Shown here: positions 16,129 through 21,841 of the stretch, piece after piece
Numbering within the stretch: position 1 is the first letter of the stretch
Layout of the letters: every line of letters starts with the position of its first letter
Assembly: GCA_963977445.1 (NCBI GenBank)
Contig: CAXBPH010000102.1
Span: forward strand, 1 to 21,841
DNA from: an uncultured bacterium
GTDB lineage: Bacteria > Hydrogenedentota > Hydrogenedentia > Hydrogenedentales > JAEUWI01
Length of the DNA stretch: 21,841 bases
Direction of reading: 5' to 3'
Translations under genes and position numbers: made by a program
The notes under the pieces: generated by a model
What the model saw: only the letters and a program-made list of their open reading frames with translations
What the model was told of the DNA's origin: nothing
Database searches by the model: none

Positions 16129-17528
16129 GGAATGAAAATCAGATGCAGTGGGAAGAGAAGCTACGTAGCATTGGTGCCGGGGCAGTTGTCGACAAAGGTG
16201 TAAGCGTCAAGTATGACGGAATTCGACTTCCAAGGTTTATATCAGAATTCTTGTTGTCAGAATTCATGATTCGCTATGGTGATCAAGAAGAAGCGATAAA
16301 GCGGATGTCTGAGTTTATTGACAACAATATCCCTCAGCCGGGACATGCATCACAGTGGCATAACCGACTTCGCCTGGGTGAGAGATGTGAATTGATTGAT
16401 AGTGTGCGTGTTGCGGTTCATATGGAGCAACTCGAGACGGAACCGATGGTGAGTATTCCATCAATAGGGCTGCGAAAGACGCGTATTGATTCCGCGCTGC
16501 TCGATGCCAATCCTCGACTATTAAGGGAGGGGATCTGGGGTAAGGCGACCTTGGAAGCACGAAATGGCATGGTTTGGCTTGTGGATCTTAAGCCGTTTCA
16601 AGTTTCTGACGTTTCTATCGATGGTTTCATGGAGATTCGGAAGAATTTTACTCGTGATGAATGGGCAGAGATACTCGTCAGTACAATCGGTCTGTCACCC
16701 CTAAACTTTTCGGATCATAGAAAACAACTTATCCTGATTTCGCGATTACTTCCATTGGTCCAATCGCAGACTTTTCTCATAGAACTGGGCCCCCCCGGTA
16801 CCGGCAAGACCTTTGTATTGGACAAGCTATCTACTCGCTCTTTTGTGATTTCTGGGAGCAAGATTAGTCCCGCGCAGCTTTTCTATGATATTAGAGCAAA
16901 AACGGAAGGGCTATTACGGCAGTATTCCGCCCTATTGTTAGATGAGGTTGACAAAGTTCATGACAAAGAGCTTTCGGAAGAGGTTGTAAATAAACTCCTA
17001 AAATATATGGAATCGGGTACGTTCGATAGAGGGGGATTGGAATTTCAAAGTGATACATCGTTAATCATGGTGGGGAATTTACCTCAGGGGTTTCGTTCGG
17101 GTGGCCCAGTAATTCAGACTCTGCCAAATAAATTCACCCACGAGGCATTTTTGGATCGAATAAATGGAATACTACCCGGTTGGGAACTTTCCGCCGTTAT
17201 GCACTCTTCTTCAAGTCTCACAAAAACCTGGGGCTTTTCAGCAGACTATTTCAGCGAAGTATTAGAGCATCTACGGCAACTAGACTGGGTACCAGAACTA
17301 CGTCACAGAATTTCCTTTGATGGGTGTTCCATTCGTGACGAAAAGTCGATCATGAGAACTGTGGCGGGTCTTTGCAAGCTCATGTACCCTGACAGGGTTA
17401 TAACAGATGAGAACCTGCAGAGTATATTGGTCTTTTCCCTGGAGATCAGGCAGACTTTACTCGATGAGAGTGCGCTTCTTCACCACTCGCGTACGCGTCA
17501 CATTTCGGCAACAGTAAGACAAACTTAG
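16125..17528 (+). CDS. brxL: BrxL-family AAA+ ATPase, short form without the Lon protease domain
   Basis: VVDK..LPRFISEFLL, PRLLREGIWG, FTRDEWAEILVSTIG, RLLPLV, Walker A ELGPPGTGKT, SG..SPAQLFY, Walker B LLLDE, YMESGTFDRG, AFLDRINGILPGWE, GFSADYFSEVL, SIRD. TTG start overlaps the upstream stop; ATG 16143 is an alternative. Confidence 0.85.
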   Translation: MRNENQMQWEEKLRSIGAGAVVDKGVSVKYDGIRLPRFISEFLLSEFMIRYGDQEEAIKRMSEFIDNNIPQPGHASQWHNRLRLGERCELIDSVRVAVHMEQLETEPMVSIPSIGLRKTRIDSALLDANPRLLREGIWGKATLEARNGMVWLVDLKPFQVSDVSIDGFMEIRKNFTRDEWAEILVSTIGLSPLNFSDHRKQLILISRLLPLVQSQTFLIELGPPGTGKTFVLDKLSTRSFVISGSKISPAQLFYDIRAKTEGLLRQYSALLLDEVDKVHDKELSEEVVNKLLKYMESGTFDRGGLEFQSDTSLIMVGNLPQGFRSGGPVIQTLPNKFTHEAFLDRINGILPGWELSAVMHSSSSLTKTWGFSADYFSEVLEHLRQLDWVPELRHRISFDGCSIRDEKSIMRTVAGLCKLMYPDRVITDENLQSILVFSLEIRQTLLDESALLHHSRTRHISATVRQT

Positions 17529-17542
17529 GAACGAGGGCGACT

Positions 17543-17905
17543 ATGTTTCAAATTGATAGCACAAGTTCAATTCCGGCGTTTGAGCAGTTGGAGTTTTGTG
17601 TTAAGGCTGCTATGGCTTCGGGGCGGCTTCGCCCACATGAACAACTTCCGTCTATTCGCGAAATTGCAGATTCAGTCAACTTGAATCCTAATACCGTGGC
17701 CAAGACATTTCGTGGATTGGAAGTAGATGGGTTCGTTTACACACAGAGAGGTCGCGGTATCTTTGCGGGCGAGGACACTCGTGAAATGGGGAGCGAATTC
17801 TGCCGCTCGAAATTGAGTAAAATGTATTCTGAGATCCAAAAGCTTGCCTTAGATGCAGGTATTTCGATAAATGATTTGGCAATAGGAGAAGGGAAAGGAT
17901 CTTAA
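17543..17905 (+). CDS. GntR-family transcriptional regulator (YtrA subfamily)
   Basis: 120 aa. P.FEQL, LRPHEQLPSIREIA, LNPNTVAKTFRGLEVDG, TQRGRGIF, and a short C-terminal helix ending A..AGIS, as in YtrA. Confidence 0.9.
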   Translation: MFQIDSTSSIPAFEQLEFCVKAAMASGRLRPHEQLPSIREIADSVNLNPNTVAKTFRGLEVDGFVYTQRGRGIFAGEDTREMGSEFCRSKLSKMYSEIQKLALDAGISINDLAIGEGKGS

Positions 17906-17990
17906 GCGCGTTGATACCTCGTGTAACATCTTTATGGGACCTGAAAACTACAAGTGTCGCATTAGTACGAGAAGGAGAATTTACATATTT

Positions 17991-19439
17991 ATGAGCCCGC
18001 TGATTGGCCGCTTTCTGAAGTGTTTGTTGTTAATCACTGCGCTTCTTGGGGCGTTAAACTCGGCGTCTGAACGCCCCAACATCATCCTCCTCATGGCCGA
18101 TGACCTCGGATGGGGCGATGTGGGTTTCAATGGCGGCGAAATCATCCAGACGCCTCACCTGGACGCCATGGCGGCGGCGGGCCTGAAATTTAATCGCTTC
18201 TACGCGGCCGCGCCCGTGTGCAGTCCTACCCGGGGGAGTTGTCTCACAGGACGACATCCCTATCGCTATGGCATTCCCTTTGCCAATGAAGGCCATCTGA
18301 AAGAAGGTGAACGGACCCTGGCGGAAGTACTGAAGGGGCAGGGCTATCGCACGGGACATTTTGGCAAATGGCACCTCGGCACCTTGTCGCCCGACTACTC
18401 GGGGAAGAAAGGGCGCGGCGGTCTGGAGCACTATGCCACGCCGGGGATGAATGGTTTTGACGAATGGTTCAGCACGGAGTTTGCCGTCGCCACCTGGGAC
18501 CCCTATGACCCCGCCAATTCCCATTTGGGCAAGGACGTGCCCTTTGACACACGGGCGCTCTATTGGCACAACGGCGTCAACGTGGAAGGCGGCCTCGAAG
18601 GCGACGACTCCCGCATTATCATGGACAAGGCCATTCCCTTCATCGAGGACTCCGTAGCCCGATCGAAGCCCTTCTTCTCCGTCATCTGGTTTCACGCACC
18701 CCACAATCCGGTTGTGGCGGGCCCAGAGTACCGGGCGCGCTATGGGCAATACGATGAGGATGCCCAGCACTATTATGGGTGCGTCACGGCCCTGGACGAA
18801 CAAGTGGGACGGCTCCGTGCGACCCTGCGTACCCTCGGTGTAGCGGAAAATACCATGGTCTTCTTCTGCGCCGACAATGGCCCCGAGGGCGATGTGGCGG
18901 GGGGGCGAAATCAGGGTTCCAGTGGTCCCTTTCACGGCCGCAAGCGCTCCTTGTTTGAGGGGGGGATACGGGTGCCGGGGCTCCTCGAATGGCCTGCCGG
19001 GGTAAAACCGGGCACAGCGACAGACTACGCGGCGGTGACGAGCGACTATCTGCCCACCATCCTGGACGTGTTGGGTATTGAGCGAATTGACCAGCGCCCC
19101 CTGGATGGCGAGAGTCTCCTGCCCCTGATTCGGGGAAAGCGCACGATACGTAGCTCGCCCATCGCTTTCGAGACCAAAGGCGGCGCGGGCGAAATGTTGT
19201 CACGAAATTCGCCCCACGTGGCCCTGATCGAAGAGCGCTTCAAGTTGCTGACCGACTTCAGTGAAGATGGTGAGGAAGATCTGCTCTATGATCTGCTCGA
19301 AGACCCGGGGGAGACCAGGAACCTTGCTGGTACCCGGCAGGATCACGTATCGCGGATGAAGTCCATACTTTCCACATGGCGGGCCAGCTGCGCACGGAGC
19401 GACAGTGGGGCAGATTATGAGAGAATTGGCGGAAAGTAG
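17991..19439 (+). CDS. Formylglycine-dependent sulfatase (arylsulfatase-like), secreted
   Basis: Signal peptide, RPNIILLMADDLG, CSPTRGSCLTG (CxPxR), GKWHLG, APH, DNG, GRKRSLFEGGIRVP, LYDL..DPGE. ATG 17991 follows AAGGAG. Confidence 0.93.
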   Translation: MSPLIGRFLKCLLLITALLGALNSASERPNIILLMADDLGWGDVGFNGGEIIQTPHLDAMAAAGLKFNRFYAAAPVCSPTRGSCLTGRHPYRYGIPFANEGHLKEGERTLAEVLKGQGYRTGHFGKWHLGTLSPDYSGKKGRGGLEHYATPGMNGFDEWFSTEFAVATWDPYDPANSHLGKDVPFDTRALYWHNGVNVEGGLEGDDSRIIMDKAIPFIEDSVARSKPFFSVIWFHAPHNPVVAGPEYRARYGQYDEDAQHYYGCVTALDEQVGRLRATLRTLGVAENTMVFFCADNGPEGDVAGGRNQGSSGPFHGRKRSLFEGGIRVPGLLEWPAGVKPGTATDYAAVTSDYLPTILDVLGIERIDQRPLDGESLLPLIRGKRTIRSSPIAFETKGGAGEMLSRNSPHVALIEERFKLLTDFSEDGEEDLLYDLLEDPGETRNLAGTRQDHVSRMKSILSTWRASCARSDSGADYERIGGK

Positions 19440-19758
19440 CTCGTTTCGAGGTCTTGAGGGGGCTGGACGCCTGTGGACTGTGGTACTAATTGCCGGCGAT
19501 GAAACCTCGGTAGATCGAAGCGCGTGGGGGTGGTCCTGTCAATGAGGTTTGCGATCTCGGGACGAAAAGGGTACTATGAAATTAGACGTTAGATTCCCGA
19601 ATGTCGATAGAATGGTCGGCACTTTGCAATCTGAATTTCCTCACGGACTTCCGTTTCACCCCATCCCCTTCGATTTTGTTTCGTCGGTTTCGGTTGGGTG
19701 ACCCCAGCGTATGAGTGCGCCGCTGTGTTTCAGCAACGCGTGCTTCGAAAGGACTACA

Positions 19759-20664
19759 ATGAGAATTGGCATAATGTCTACCAGCCCTAAGATCTACTCC
19801 ACGTCCAGACTCGTGGAAGCGGGGAAGGCGCTTGGTCATGACATGCAGGTCATTAACCACAAGCGGTGCTACATGAGTATCGCGTCCATGAATCCCGAAG
19901 TCCACTATCGGGGCAAGCCGGTTGAAAAGCTGGACGCGGTAATACCCCGAATTGGGGCATCTATCACTTTTTATGGTACGGCTGTGCTGCGTCAATTCGA
20001 AATGATGGGGGTCTACCCCGTCAACGAGAGTGTTGCCATCTCCCGTTCCCGCGATAAACTGCGATCCCTGCAATTACTCGCCCGAAAAGGTATTGGCCTG
20101 CCCGTGAGCGGATTTGCCCGGGAACCCGACGATATTACTGATCTTATCGATATGGTTGGTGGTGCACCCCTGGTTGTAAAATTGCTCCAGGGAACCCAAG
20201 GCATGGGCGTAGTCCTTGCCGAGACCAAAAAGGCTGCCGAGAGCGTTATTCAGGCCTTTTACGGCCTGGAAGCCAACATTCTGATTCAAGAGTTCATCAA
20301 GGAAGCCGGTGGTGCGGATATTCGGTGTTTTGTTGTCGGAGATAAGGTTGTTGGTGCCATGAAGCGGCAAGGACCTGCCGGCGAATTTCGCTCCAACCTC
20401 CACCGTGGCGGCACGGCCTCCCTGGAAAAGATTACGCCCCAGGAACGTTCCGTAGCGAAACAGGCGGCGAGAGTCATGGGACTGAATGTGGCTGGCGTCG
20501 ATATCTTACGCTCGAATCATGGACCGGTCGTCATGGAAGTCAATTCCTCACCGGGCCTGGAGGGCATTGAGGCCGCGACAGGTAAGGATATTGCCTCTGC
20601 GATTATTAAGTTCATCGAAGGAAACGCACGAAGTGGTCGCACGGCCACCAGGGGCAAAGGTTAA
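19759..20664 (+). CDS. rimK: Ribosomal protein S6--L-glutamate ligase (ATP-grasp)
   Basis: [83 protein letters not shown]. 301 aa from ATG 19759 with RBS AAGGA. Confidence 0.95.
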   Translation: MRIGIMSTSPKIYSTSRLVEAGKALGHDMQVINHKRCYMSIASMNPEVHYRGKPVEKLDAVIPRIGASITFYGTAVLRQFEMMGVYPVNESVAISRSRDKLRSLQLLARKGIGLPVSGFAREPDDITDLIDMVGGAPLVVKLLQGTQGMGVVLAETKKAAESVIQAFYGLEANILIQEFIKEAGGADIRCFVVGDKVVGAMKRQGPAGEFRSNLHRGGTASLEKITPQERSVAKQAARVMGLNVAGVDILRSNHGPVVMEVNSSPGLEGIEAATGKDIASAIIKFIEGNARSGRTATRGKG

Positions 20665-20693
20665 GCCCCACAATCCAATCAATATATAAAGAC

Positions 20694-20736
20694 AATGCGC
20701 TTGGAACCCAACATGAGTTCCAGGCGCATTTTATTT
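20694..20736 (+). terminator. Intrinsic terminator after rimK (possibly bidirectional)
   Basis: AATGCGCTTGGAAC-N9-GTTCCAGGCGCATT (14-bp stem with one G-U pair) followed by TTATTT, lying between convergent genes. Confidence 0.75.
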
Positions 20737-20760
20737 GTACGGTCTGGTGGTCCTTAGATT

Positions 20761-20871
20761 CTACAGGCGACCAAAGATTCCGTGGACCTTGGTCAACGGG
20801 AAGTTGTCCTGCTCGAACTTCAGGAATTCGACGTGTCCGTCGGCATAGAGTGTGTTAGCGCCACCGGGGTG
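20761..20871 (-). pseudogene. 3' fragment of a DUF1559/prepilin-type protein (H-X9-DG motif)
   Basis: HPGGANTLYADGHVEFLK...FP...stop is an exact H-X9-DG motif. Upstream in this frame the sequence is just the antisense of the AraC fragment. Confidence 0.7.
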
Positions 20872-21117
20872 AATAAGTTTCACCTGTCCCGGGTTTTCCG
20901 GACGCGCACTGGCACAACGCCCATGGAATACATACGGCACGCCCGACTCGATTTCGCCCATCGACTGTTGCTGGAGACCGATCTTCCCTTGCGGGAGATT
21001 GCACCGAGGACAGGTTTCGCCAACGAGTACCATCTGTCGCGGCTGCTCAAGGCCCGCTACGGACGGGGAGCCCGGGAATTGCGACGGGGCAAGTTCGTGG
21101 GAAACCAGTCCCAATAG
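20866..21117 (+). pseudogene. 3' fragment of an AraC/XylS-family regulator (HTH region only)
   Basis: GVNKFHLSRVFRTRTGTTPMEYIRHARLDFAHRLLLETDLPLREIAPRTGFANEYHLSRLLKARYG is an AraC HTH. The N-terminal sensor domain and the first helices are absent. Confidence 0.75.
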
Positions 21118-21148
21118 CAGGGAGCGGCATTGGTGGACAATTGGGGGG

Positions 21149-21841
21149 TTAGCGACGTCCCGCGTGGCTTAACTTTTTGGTCCGGGTGAATTCCCGTGCT
21201 TTGGGTCGACCAATCGGTTTGCCATGATCGGGCATGAGGATGTGGTGCTGGCGCAGGCGGGCCTTCTGGTCGCGGGCGACTTCGATAGGCCGCATATACT
21301 GATCGACGCTGGCATAGAACATGGCCGTAGCCACAATGCCGGGCGTGGGGATGAAGCACTGCACCTGCTGGGGTTTCCAATTGCGCTCTTTGAGCCAGGC
21401 AGACAAATCACGCATATCCTCATCGGTGCAGCCGGGAAAGGCGCTGATAAGGTAGGGAATGACGTATTGCTCTTTACCGGCTTCGCAGGACTGCTCCTGG
21501 AAGAGGTTCAGGAACTTCTCGAATTTGTGGAACTTTGGTTTACGCATGAGTTTGAGCACTTTGTCAGACATGTGCTCGGGAGCAATCTTGAGTTGACCAC
21601 CCACGTAGTCGTTCACCAGGGATTTCACGTACTCGCCGCCGTCTTGGGCCATGTCATAGCGAACACCACTGGAAATACGAAGGTGTTTTACCCCTTCCAT
21701 ATCGCGGATGGAGTTCAGCAAGTCGACCTGTTCGGCTTCGTTGGTCTTGAAATGTTTGCAGGGGTCCGGCGTAAGACAATCGGCCCGCTTACAGGTCGTT
21801 GGGTCGTCGGCACAATAGGAGCCCCACATGTTTGCGGTAGG
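21149..21841 (-). CDS. ygiQ: YgiQ (UPF0313)-family radical SAM protein, C-terminal part (5'-truncated by the window edge)
   Basis: TANMWG, C.R..CL.P..C, SGVRYD, VGGQLKIAPEH, KEQYVIPYLISAFPGC, QVQCFIPTP...ATAMFY. Confidence 0.88.
   Translation of the reverse strand, partial: PTANMWGSYCADDPTTCKRADCLTPDPCKHFKTNEAEQVDLLNSIRDMEGVKHLRISSGVRYDMAQDGGEYVKSLVNDYVGGQLKIAPEHMSDKVLKLMRKPKFHKFEKFLNLFQEQSCEAGKEQYVIPYLISAFPGCTDEDMRDLSAWLKERNWKPQQVQCFIPTPGIVATAMFYASVDQYMRPIEVARDQKARLRQHHILMPDHGKPIGRPKAREFTRTKKLSHAGRR

Larger units (their letters stand above)
14400..17950. other. AT-richer accessory island (3-gene operon)
   Basis: Hand-counted 60-nt lines: 26/60 GC at 14641 and 24/60 at 16981, versus 42/60 at 12421 and 35/60 at 18601. 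Gene content is unrelated to the flanks. Boundaries are approximate. Confidence 0.7.

Noticed and set aside
14611..17905. Calling this a BREX system
   Set aside because: Only brxL is recognisable. The core genes pglZ and brxC and a methylase or PAPS-reductase are absent from both flanks within the window.
14340..17990. Island as a mobile element with att sites or terminal repeats
   Set aside because: No integrase, transposase or tRNA was seen, and no convincing direct repeat at the edges (only a weak CCTCGyGTA similarity).
17934..17990. Longer N-termini from the ORF track for the sulfatase (17934), rimK (19711) and the kinase (2692)
   Set aside because: Downstream ATGs have RBS-like motifs and give the expected signal peptide or family N-terminus.
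19612..19630. Sigma54 promoter upstream of rimK (CGGCACTTTGCA)
   Set aside because: The spacing between GGCAC and TTGC does not fit the strict TGGCAC-N5-TTGC consensus.
1..21841. CRISPR arrays, tRNA or rRNA genes
   Set aside because: No regularly spaced repeats or tRNA/rRNA-like sequence were seen in any intergenic region by eye.

Overview
Bacterial genomic DNA, mostly GC-rich. A PVC-type CxxCH dehydrogenase, a sulfatase and an H-X9-DG/DUF1559 fragment suggest a PVC-like or Hydrogenedentes-like organism (inference). From left to right: a 5'-truncated MBL-fold hydrolase; ribulokinase araB; a CHASE histidine kinase with two response regulators; a minus-strand block of five genes (Tat-exported deacetylase-like protein, secreted isochorismatase-like protein, DUF4962/heparinase-like protein, cardiolipin synthase, PVC-type heme-binding protein); an AT-richer three-gene island; a sulfatase; rimK; a junction joining the 3' ends of a DUF1559 gene and an AraC gene; and a 5'-truncated YgiQ radical SAM gene. 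The best candidate for an undescribed system is the island (~14.4-17.95 kb). It encodes a coiled-coil protein with an RNA-polymerase alpha-CTD-like domain whose DNA-binding residues are substituted, a BrxL-type AAA+ ATPase with no Lon domain and no other BREX genes nearby, and a YtrA-type GntR regulator. All family calls come from motif recognition by eye; no searches were run.
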